From contig CBDDPH010000002.1 of assembly GCA_965232265.1 (NCBI GenBank), forward strand, positions 1,595,660 through 1,659,659: a stretch of DNA of 64,000 nucleotides, given 5' to 3'. The position numbers and the translations under genes were made by a program. The stretch comes from Candidatus Latescibacterota bacterium. GTDB lineage: Bacteria; Latescibacterota; UBA2968. The notes under the pieces were generated by a model. It was given only the letters and a program-made list of their open reading frames with translations, was not told the DNA's origin and did not search any database. Below, in pieces: positions 1-7,957 of this stretch (position 1 is its first letter; the number at the start of each line of letters is the position of its first letter).

Positions 1-607
1 CCCGTTGCATCACGGGGATTCTCCTGTGTTCCAGATGTGCCAGTCCCAACAGATAATAGGCGTCCTGATAGTCGGGATCGACCGCCAGGCTCTTTTCCAA
101 CAGCATTACGGCTTGGTCGTATTCGTTCTTGGCAAAAGTTCGAATGGCTCGCCGCTGTGGTATTACCCGATCTTTTGTGATCATGTATTCGCCGAATATA
201 TGGCGGGCAGCATCATAAGCTGCAACCGCCGCATTGGGGAATTTTTCAATGACTTTTTCGTAATGCGCCTTGGCTTCGCGCTGAAATCCCCTGTTCCACA
301 ATGCCTCGCCGTGCAAGAGCTGATATTGCAAATTCTCCGGCTCATTCCGAATGGCTTTTTCGCTGGCTTCTACTGCGCGACGCCGAAACTCAGGCGTGTC
401 CAGACGAATGTAGAGGCGGGTCAGTTGTGCAAGCGCGGGGGCGTATTTGCCATCTTTCTTTAAGACTTGCTTAAATTCTTCCACGCTTTCTTTGGGTTCA
501 ATCTCGTTCATGCGGGAGAGGGCAGCGTGATAGAGTGAATCTACTTCGCTGGTCCATGCCGGTGTTGCAATCAGGCAGGCGAGAATCAAAAGTACGAGGG
601 CTTTCAT
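1..607 (-). CDS. TPR-repeat protein, N-terminal part only (gene runs off the left edge); paralog of 637..2934
   Basis: Minus-strand ATG at 605-607 with GGAGAT RBS upstream. The N-terminus is signal-peptide-like followed by TPR-like helices. DNA 1-607 aligns colinearly with 2328-2934. Confidence 0.75.
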   Translation of the reverse strand, partial: MKALVLLILACLIATPAWTSEVDSLYHAALSRMNEIEPKESVEEFKQVLKKDGKYAPALAQLTRLYIRLDTPEFRRRAVEASEKAIRNEPENLQYQLLHGEALWNRGFQREAKAHYEKVIEKFPNAAVAAYDAARHIFGEYMITKDRVIPQRRAIRTFAKNEYDQAVMLLEKSLAVDPDYQDAYYLLGLAHLEHRRIPVMQR

Positions 608-636
608 AGTGATCTCCATGTGAAGGGTTCTTTTGC

Positions 637-2934
637 TTATTCGCGAACCCGGAACACGGCGTTGCGCTTTACTTGTTTTTTTACTTTCAAATCCGTTACC
701 GCGACTTCGAGTTTGTAAATGCCACGCGGCATCGTAGATAGGTCGATTTCTAGGAAGGTGAAGTCGTCGGATTTGTCGCCGGCATATACGGAACTGATCG
801 ATGTGCTGCTCTGCTGTCCGGCTCGGCGCAGTTCTTCGAGGGATTCGGCCTTTTGATTGCGTTCGGCCAGCACGTATCGGACTCTCAAATTTGCTCGTCT
901 TGTGCGCGTTTGTGCATTGTTCGCACTTTTTTGTTCTTTGGCCGATTGCCCAGGCGGCGACACAATGAGCAATCCGTCCAGTTCTGTAAGGTCTATGGCG
1001 CCGAACATCGAAGGATCTACTTCCTTTTTCTCTGGTACGCTGATGCTATAGACAATCTCGTATTGGGTGCGTCCAAATTCGTCTTTTTTCAGGTTGTAAA
1101 TTTCCAGATAGACAGATGCCGATTGCCCGCTGCGATACGCGCGGAGCGGATTGGGGGCAATGCGTAGATCCATGCGCGATTCGGGAAAGGGATCGACCAG
1201 TTCAATTTTCTGAGCGAGTAACAGGTCGCTCATGTCCAGACTTGATTCGGATACGGTCAAAAGGCGTTCTGTGCGGAATGTGCCGATGGAGCCACTGATT
1301 CTGTCGCCCACTTCGACCACGATATTGTACGTGCCTTGCGGAAGTGTCATGGCGCGTTGGCTCAACAGATACTGCTGTGCCTTTCTTCCCGATGGTCGTT
1401 TTTGTCCAAGCGGTCGCACTTTGCGATAAATATCTCGCCAGAGGTAGTCGAACATAAATAACCCGTCATCCATGACGATCATCTGGTCGTCGTTTGCTTT
1501 TAATTTGTCCGTGGGAATGGCATAGGCGATTTCCATGCGTATATTTTTGCCCGAGCGGAAGGCGGTGATCTGGTGCGGCATGGCGTATTTCCGGCTGTGG
1601 AATGGATCGACAAAGCGCGCTTCCACTTTCTTAAATGCCGCGCGGTTTTGTATGTCGTAATACTCGTCCAGGATTCTTCCCGCCCTCGGTATCGAACTTC
1701 TCGGCCTCGAACTACCCATCCTCCTCGGGCTGTTTCCGAACGAGCCTCTGCTGGCTGCTCGCGTCACATCTACGGTGCTGCTGGGTCCCACTTCGCCTGC
1801 AAATCCCCAACCGTCAACGCCGTTCACACTTTGAAAGACGAAGTGGTATCCGTCGTAGTACCACGTTTCCTTGAACATGGGATATACGCCCGTTGTCCGC
1901 CGCTGATATTTTCCGTATTTGATATAGGTCTGCCCGCGAATGGTCTTCCAGCCTTCGATGTTCCGCGCAGGCACGCTAAAGCGCAAATTTGAGTATGCCA
2001 CGCGGCCGTAGTGTTCCATGCGCCGCTCGTTGTGATTGGTCAAAAATAGCGGGTCGTTCTTGTTCCAGAATTGCGTCAATGCCGCAGAGTCCTTCCACTG
2101 GCCATCATCGCCGACTTGCATGGCTTTTGAGATGCGCGCACTGTCTTCTTTTGATGCGATGATATCCACGGATTCCATCATTTTGCGCTGTTCGGGTTCC
2201 ATCGCTGCAATGGCCTGTTCATACAATTTGTTCGCTTCTGGAAGATTGCCCTGAAGCTGATGGGCGTAGGCCATGAACAATTGCGCGTTGATGTCGCCCG
2301 AAAATCTTCGCATCATTCGCCGCATCACCCGTTGCATCACGGGGATTCTCCTGTGTTCCAGATGCGCCAGTCCCAATAGATAGTAGGCGTCCTGATAATC
2401 TGCATCGACCTCCAGGCTCTTTTCCAACAACATTACGGCCTGGTCGTATTCGTTCTTGGCAAAGGTCCGAATCGCGCCTCGCCGCTGAATGATCCGATCT
2501 CTCGTGATCATGTATTCGCCGAATATATGGCGGGCAGCATCATAAGCTGCAACCGCCGCATTGGGGAATTTTTCAATGACTTTTTCGTAATGCGCCTTGG
2601 CTTCGCGCTGAAACCCCCTGTTCCACAATGCCTCGCCGTGCAAGAGCTGATATTGCAAATTCTCCGGCTCATTCCGAATGGCTTTTTCGCTGGCTTCTAC
2701 TGCGCGACGCCGAAACTCAGGCGTGTCCAGGCGAATGTAGAGGCGGGTCAGTTGTGCAAGCGCGGGGGCGTATTTGCCGTTTTTCTTGAGTACTTGCTTA
2801 AATTCTTCCACGCTTTCTTTGGGTTCAATCTCGTTCATGCGGGAGAGGGCAGCGTGATAGAGCGAATCTACTTCGCTGGTCCATGCCGGTGCTGCGATCA
2901 GGCAGGTGAGGATCAAAAGTACGAGGGCTTTCAT
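637..2934 (-). CDS. Secreted TPR-repeat protein with C-terminal GWxTD-like domain
   Basis: 765 aa ORF with AAGGAG RBS. N-terminal hydrophobic signal (MKALVLLILTCLIAAPAWT), TPR-like helical repeats, and the motif EGWKTIRGQTYIKYGKY resembling the GWxTD domain signature. Confidence 0.6.
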   Translation of the reverse strand: MKALVLLILTCLIAAPAWTSEVDSLYHAALSRMNEIEPKESVEEFKQVLKKNGKYAPALAQLTRLYIRLDTPEFRRRAVEASEKAIRNEPENLQYQLLHGEALWNRGFQREAKAHYEKVIEKFPNAAVAAYDAARHIFGEYMITRDRIIQRRGAIRTFAKNEYDQAVMLLEKSLEVDADYQDAYYLLGLAHLEHRRIPVMQRVMRRMMRRFSGDINAQLFMAYAHQLQGNLPEANKLYEQAIAAMEPEQRKMMESVDIIASKEDSARISKAMQVGDDGQWKDSAALTQFWNKNDPLFLTNHNERRMEHYGRVAYSNLRFSVPARNIEGWKTIRGQTYIKYGKYQRRTTGVYPMFKETWYYDGYHFVFQSVNGVDGWGFAGEVGPSSTVDVTRAASRGSFGNSPRRMGSSRPRSSIPRAGRILDEYYDIQNRAAFKKVEARFVDPFHSRKYAMPHQITAFRSGKNIRMEIAYAIPTDKLKANDDQMIVMDDGLFMFDYLWRDIYRKVRPLGQKRPSGRKAQQYLLSQRAMTLPQGTYNIVVEVGDRISGSIGTFRTERLLTVSESSLDMSDLLLAQKIELVDPFPESRMDLRIAPNPLRAYRSGQSASVYLEIYNLKKDEFGRTQYEIVYSISVPEKKEVDPSMFGAIDLTELDGLLIVSPPGQSAKEQKSANNAQTRTRRANLRVRYVLAERNQKAESLEELRRAGQQSSTSISSVYAGDKSDDFTFLEIDLSTMPRGIYKLEVAVTDLKVKKQVKRNAVFRVRE

Positions 2935-2967
2935 GGAGAGGCTCCTTGCGGTGGGCGGTGGTGGGTT

Positions 2968-4041
2968 TTAAAAGCTATAAAATGCCTTTGCATTTTTGTA
3001 CAGAATTTTTCCTAGTAATGCATCCGATAAGCCTCTGGGAATTGCGTCTATTGGCGCGTCAAAATGCCAATGTGGATAGTCTGTGGAAAACATCAGCATG
3101 TCATCCGATTCCAGATGGTCCATAACTTGCAACAGATATTCGGCTTCTGGCGGGGCGTCCATGGGCTGTAGCGTCATCCGAATGTGTTCGCGGATATATT
3201 CCGACGGTGGGCGTTTGACCCATGGTATGTCGCGGCGCAAGCCCTTCCATTCCTTATCGATGCGCCACATGAATGCGGGCATCCATGTCCAGCCGCCTTC
3301 GATGAGTGCGATGCGTAATTCCGTAAACCGATCAAACGCGCCTTCTACGACCAAACTCATGACCTGAGACTGAAATATTTGCGCCATGTCGGCCATTTCT
3401 TCGGCGTAGGTCAAAGGCCAACCAACGGGCGTGGGCGGCAGGCTGGATGCGCCGCCATAGTGAATCCCGATCACGAGGTCGCGTTTTACGGCTGCTTCAA
3501 ATAATGGGTCGTACAAGCTATTGCCATAAGGTTGATATGATCTGACCGGCACGATGACCTGAATAAAGCCCGGGTGGTCGCCGAATCGCTCGATTTCGCG
3601 TGCGGCGAGTACCGGGTTTTGGCTGGGCACTACGAGAGAGGCGCGCAGTCGGTTGTCTTTGTTTAACCACGCGTCGATTTGCCACTGGTTGATCGCGGTT
3701 GCAAGCGATGCAGACAAGTTTTCGTTGTGTACACTTTGCACGCGGTAAGCGCAGGTTAAGATCCCGATTTCGACATCCCAGGCGTCCAGTACCTGCTTTT
3801 TTAGCAATTCAAAATCAGACCCCGGCGGCCCATTTTTCGGCTTTGTGCCTTTTCGCGCAGATGTGGGTGCTCGTGCGGGATAATCATTCGCGTTGGGTCC
3901 CACAAATGCCGATTCGTCGATGTATGCAACCCAGTGTTCTTCCAGATATGGAATCAGGGCGTCCAAACCGGGCAATTCGTTGTGAATATCACAATCGATG
4001 ATGGGATGATAAAAGGGGTTGGCAGGTGTATTGCGCGGCAT
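2968..4041 (-). CDS. Amidohydrolase family protein (amidohydrolase_2 / ACMSD-like metal-dependent hydrolase)
   Basis: N-terminal IDCDIH and C-terminal FSTDYPHWHFD metal-ligand motifs. Start moved to the ATG at 4039-4041, 1 nt after the upstream gene stop (TAA C ATG), instead of the track start at 4098. Confidence 0.75.
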   Translation of the reverse strand: MPRNTPANPFYHPIIDCDIHNELPGLDALIPYLEEHWVAYIDESAFVGPNANDYPARAPTSARKGTKPKNGPPGSDFELLKKQVLDAWDVEIGILTCAYRVQSVHNENLSASLATAINQWQIDAWLNKDNRLRASLVVPSQNPVLAAREIERFGDHPGFIQVIVPVRSYQPYGNSLYDPLFEAAVKRDLVIGIHYGGASSLPPTPVGWPLTYAEEMADMAQIFQSQVMSLVVEGAFDRFTELRIALIEGGWTWMPAFMWRIDKEWKGLRRDIPWVKRPPSEYIREHIRMTLQPMDAPPEAEYLLQVMDHLESDDMLMFSTDYPHWHFDAPIDAIPRGLSDALLGKILYKNAKAFYSF

Positions 4042-4042
4042 G

Positions 4043-4855
4043 TTAATATCCCGCACCGCGACAATACTGATACATTTTGGCACTTCGGGTCGCTTCATTT
4101 ATCGCGTCTTCACCTTCGTAAACTGGCGCGCCGGGGCAGGCTGTCACCCACCGGTCATATCCCGTGTCTTCGAGTACGTTTGCCAGGTCGGGAAAATCCA
4201 GTGCTTCGCCCACGCCTACAGAGACCCATTGGGGCGTAAATCGCCCCGCTTCATCCCGCGTGATGTTCTCATCTGCCCAGTCCTGTAAATGTACGTAATT
4301 GAGCTGGTGCTGAAAGTCGCGCAACGATTGCGCGGCGTCATAGTCCCAGAGTTGTGCGTGCGATACGTCGATACACAGTTTTGCTTTTTCGAGGTGTTGC
4401 ATGTACAGCGTCCAGTCTTCTTTGGAATCCACCAGCAGATTGGTGTGGATGTGATAACTCAATTCCAGATCGTATTGCGCTGCGTAATCAGCCCAGTTGT
4501 CCGCTGCTTCAGCCGCCTGTTTGATATCGTCTTCGGTGATATCCCGATCTTTGGGCTTGGGACCGCTCATGTACATAAAGCAATCCACTTCCATTTCGGC
4601 GGCAAAATCAATCCGCCTTCTGTTGCGCTCCTGGTGTTCCCAATCAGATATTTCGGGCGATCCCTGCGCTGTGTACACCGCCATGGGCAGTCCCACATTG
4701 TCGCATATTTGCCGAACGCGCCTCGCTGGCCCCAACCAATCCAGCGGCAATCGACATTCCCAGCCGTCCCAGCCCGATTTTTTCAGGGCCTCAAGGGCAG
4801 GCTCCAAATCTGGGTTTCTCCATCGCAATGCACAGTATCCGAGTTTAAATGACAT
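4043..4855 (-). CDS. Sugar phosphate isomerase/epimerase (xylose isomerase-like TIM barrel)
   Basis: 270 aa with alternating beta/alpha pattern and conserved H/D/E positions typical of the AP_endonuc_2 fold. Tightly packed in an operon. Confidence 0.6.
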   Translation of the reverse strand: MSFKLGYCALRWRNPDLEPALEALKKSGWDGWECRLPLDWLGPARRVRQICDNVGLPMAVYTAQGSPEISDWEHQERNRRRIDFAAEMEVDCFMYMSGPKPKDRDITEDDIKQAAEAADNWADYAAQYDLELSYHIHTNLLVDSKEDWTLYMQHLEKAKLCIDVSHAQLWDYDAAQSLRDFQHQLNYVHLQDWADENITRDEAGRFTPQWVSVGVGEALDFPDLANVLEDTGYDRWVTACPGAPVYEGEDAINEATRSAKMYQYCRGAGY

Positions 4856-4866
4856 GGTAATCTCCT

Positions 4867-6105
4867 TTATCCAAATCGTTCCCGATATTCTCGTTCATAT
4901 TCTTCCGATCCGTCATCCAGCTTTAATTCCAGACGAATGCCGGGTAGAAAGCCCGTTAGTCTGCCCGCCAAAAAGTCCTCGCGGTAGCTTCCGTCTGGAT
5001 AATGGGTCTGCCGTCCGTCGGGCCAGCATAAGGTGTGAATTTGTCGCCTTTCTTCGAGTTTGAAATCTGGATCAACGCGATAGCGTTCAATGACGTCCCA
5101 ATCCAGTTCAATACCCAATCCCGGTGCGTTGGGTACGCGAATATGTCCGCCTTCCACTTTGAAGTCTTTGACGAGTGGATGCGTCCAGATGTTCACGCAG
5201 GGGATCGCGGGCCAGCGCGCATGCGATAATACAGCGCCCAGATGCACGCCCCACATGGTGGTCAATCCCGATCCCACCAGTTGCAGCCAGAACGGCATAT
5301 TGGCTTCTGCGGCGAGGGTGCCCTGTGTCATCACGCGAGTCGCCCCACCGCCTACGACAAATCCGTCGCATACGCCTTCGCGCACGGCGGTCATAAAGGG
5401 CGGATTGCCAAAGTGCATGGCAATGGGGCTGGCGATTTTTTGCCGCAACAGGGCGTTGCCCGCGACGTCGTTTTGCGGGATGGGCGTTTCGACCATTGCC
5501 AACTGGCTATACGTGTCTTCTAACCGTCGAATCAAGGGTGCGGCGTAATCTACGCCGAGCAATAGGCCATTGAAGTCCGCGTCGATTTTGAAATAACTCG
5601 GCACGGATTTTCTTATGGCTTCAAATTGTTCTGCGGGATAAAACCAGGGGCGCGCCTTGACTTTCATTGTGGTGAATCCGTGGTCTATCGCTGCCCGCGC
5701 TTCCATAACCCATTCTTCGGGGGTGCGGTCCTGCGACCACCACGATACGGGACATGTGTCTCGATATTGCACACCCAGCAGTTTGTGACACGGCACGCCG
5801 AGCGTTTTTCCCGCTGCGTCAAAGAGTGCCATTTGCAAGCCCGCGCCCAGGCTGTCATCCCACAAATGATCGAATATGTTTTTTCCGCGCACGCGAGCAA
5901 ATTGTCTCTCATTCGATTGTCCCCACGTATATCGCGTCAGGGTTTCGCCATATCCGACCACGCCCGCAGCGGTCGTTATTTTGCACACATCCACAAGCGA
6001 CCAAAACGGTACCCGAATTTGTTTCACTTTTGCACACCGCGGATGAAATGGGACGTGCAGAAGGATGTGTTCAATATTCGCAACTTCGCAGTCTTTGGCG
6101 GTCAT
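4867..6105 (-). CDS. Enolase-superfamily enzyme (mandelate racemase/muconate lactonizing enzyme family)
   Basis: MKVKARPW (KxK motif), KIDADFNG and VETPIP metal-ligand motifs in the expected order. 412 aa. Confidence 0.7.
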   Translation of the reverse strand: MTAKDCEVANIEHILLHVPFHPRCAKVKQIRVPFWSLVDVCKITTAAGVVGYGETLTRYTWGQSNERQFARVRGKNIFDHLWDDSLGAGLQMALFDAAGKTLGVPCHKLLGVQYRDTCPVSWWSQDRTPEEWVMEARAAIDHGFTTMKVKARPWFYPAEQFEAIRKSVPSYFKIDADFNGLLLGVDYAAPLIRRLEDTYSQLAMVETPIPQNDVAGNALLRQKIASPIAMHFGNPPFMTAVREGVCDGFVVGGGATRVMTQGTLAAEANMPFWLQLVGSGLTTMWGVHLGAVLSHARWPAIPCVNIWTHPLVKDFKVEGGHIRVPNAPGLGIELDWDVIERYRVDPDFKLEERRQIHTLCWPDGRQTHYPDGSYREDFLAGRLTGFLPGIRLELKLDDGSEEYEREYRERFG

Positions 6106-6120
6106 GTTGGATTCCCTTTG

Positions 6121-6792
6121 TTATACGATTAATCGACCGATATCGCAGTTGTGCGCGTCGCAATACCACAGGACGCCGTCGTGCATGGTCATGCCGTGTA
6201 CTTCGTCGGGTGCTTCTACGCGAATGACGTCGTACACGCGGCCATCTGCTGTGCCCAGCAAGTTTACCGTGCCTGCGGATGTGTCTGCCACCCATAGTTT
6301 GTCGTCTTGCCAGGCCAATCCGTGGTTGCGGAGGCCCGGTGTTCGAAATGCGTGTTCTTCCGTCCAAGTTTCGGCATCTACCACATGTACAAATTGCGAG
6401 GGGGGAGACGCGATGTAAATTTTGCCGTCACGCCATTCCAGTCCGTGTGCGCCGGTTTCTGAGGCGTCTGGCAGGCCTTCGCGCCAGGATGCCACGCCAA
6501 CGCCGGGCGAATCGTATTTTGCAATGGTTTTGCCGGTTTTCATATCGAGTTTTGCGATTTGCAATTCAAATGTGGAGGCGATCCATACATATCCGCCACC
6601 GATTGTGATTCCGCTCGAATGCTCTGTGTCTGTTTGCGCCTCAAATAGTATGTCGCCCGTTTCCCAATCTACTTTGTATATTTTCAGATCTACCTGGTCG
6701 ATAATCCACAGGCCATCCGGCGCGGCTTGCAAACCATTGGGCTGCGGTCCTGGACTCTTGAAACGCTTTTCGACTTTTGCTATTTTTATCAT
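6121..6792 (-). CDS. Beta-propeller repeat protein (glutamine cyclotransferase-like / SMP-30-like), function unknown
   Basis: 223 aa with repeated blade-like segments (DGLWIID, GGYVWIAS, DGKIYIAS, DDKLWVAD, DGVLWYCD). Confidence 0.45.
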   Translation of the reverse strand: MIKIAKVEKRFKSPGPQPNGLQAAPDGLWIIDQVDLKIYKVDWETGDILFEAQTDTEHSSGITIGGGYVWIASTFELQIAKLDMKTGKTIAKYDSPGVGVASWREGLPDASETGAHGLEWRDGKIYIASPPSQFVHVVDAETWTEEHAFRTPGLRNHGLAWQDDKLWVADTSAGTVNLLGTADGRVYDVIRVEAPDEVHGMTMHDGVLWYCDAHNCDIGRLIV

Positions 6793-6934
6793 GGTATGGC
6801 TCCTGTTTGTAGGCTGGTACCGATCCTAAAATCACGTATGACCTAATGTAATACATCTTTTACTTGAAGCAAGACATTGTACTGTGCTACATTTTCTTTG
6901 ACTTACCGACTTTCGAGTGCCATTTTGTTTTCAC

Positions 6935-7789
6935 ATGATTCGACTTCCCGAAAATATCAAGGCGTCATTTTTTCGTTTTTGCGCGCGTTTGCAAAGCTGG
7001 CTCAGAGATGTGCGTGTGGCTTTGCGTCGCGTAACATACCTGCGTCCGTTGATGGTGACGCTGATTCTCATTGCGCTGACCGGGGCAGGTGTTGCCTGGA
7101 GCGAATACCAGACCAACTGGTTTGCGCGACGCCTGGGGGCGTTTTTGCTTTCGATCAATGCGTCGCGCCCTCAGTCGGGTGCGCTCTGGCAAGATATTCA
7201 AGCACAGGCGCGAACCCAGCAAGCCATTGATGCATCGGATCCTTTGCCTGTGCAGCGAGCGGGTTTGCCCAATGCGGTTACAAATAGCCGTTTTGAGGGT
7301 TCGCGCGTGCCCGAATCAGGTGTTCCGAGCTATGTGGCGATCTACAAGATCCCACTGCCCGGCGTTGATCTCAATACCAGACCGCTCGGCGATGTGATTG
7401 CCAGTTTGCGCGTTTACCGCCAGGGGCTTGCGATTGTCAAAGCAATACATTTGCCGGATGTGCATTTCCACGCGGCGGTACGCAAACAGATCGATTATCT
7501 CTACGCCCAGGTTGGCGATATTGAAGCTGTCGCGCCAGATAGCCTGGGGATGGTCAATCCCGATTCGCTCAAGGCTGCTGTTTTTTCCGAACTCGCCACC
7601 ACGGTTATTCCCGATTTGAGACTGCGCGAGAAAGACGCCCTGATCGACGCGTATCAAAATGGAGAGATCACACAAATTTTCCTGTACCGCGATCTCGGTC
7701 GTTTTCGCGGTGAGCTTTTCCGCGAGGGCAGTCAGGTGCCTGTTGTGTTTGAAATTGAGGCGGGCGCTGTTTCTGAGATTTTGAGATAG
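6935..7789 (+). CDS. Hypothetical membrane-anchored protein
   Basis: ORF with one N-terminal TM helix (LMVTLILIALTGAGVAW). First ATG at 6935; the track start at 6917 is GTG. No recognisable motif. Confidence 0.4.
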   Translation: MIRLPENIKASFFRFCARLQSWLRDVRVALRRVTYLRPLMVTLILIALTGAGVAWSEYQTNWFARRLGAFLLSINASRPQSGALWQDIQAQARTQQAIDASDPLPVQRAGLPNAVTNSRFEGSRVPESGVPSYVAIYKIPLPGVDLNTRPLGDVIASLRVYRQGLAIVKAIHLPDVHFHAAVRKQIDYLYAQVGDIEAVAPDSLGMVNPDSLKAAVFSELATTVIPDLRLREKDALIDAYQNGEITQIFLYRDLGRFRGELFREGSQVPVVFEIEAGAVSEILR

Positions 7790-7814
7790 TGGTCAGGCCG
7801 CCCCCTATTTTATC

Positions 7815-7850
7815 CGCAGATGAACGCAGATGAACGCAGATGAACGCAGA
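7815..7850. repeat. Tandem decamer CGCAGATGAA x3.6, followed by GAGCGGTGTACA
   Basis: Read directly: cgcagatgaa cgcagatgaa cgcagatgaa cgcaga. Related copies at 18036-18070 and, inverted, at about 25541-25600. Confidence 0.9.
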
Positions 7851-7957
7851 AAAAACGCGAGTGAGCGGTGTACAACTGGTCGCCTCTCAGACCAGTTTAT
7901 TTGAGCGTTTTACGCAAATTATTGTGATGGGCACCCTACACTTTGATTATCAATACT

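Noticed and set aside
5-3015. Plus-strand ORFs 5..463 and 2527..3015 (near-identical peptides)
   Set aside because: They are antisense to the duplicated TPR-gene 5' regions. Their similarity simply reflects the DNA duplication.
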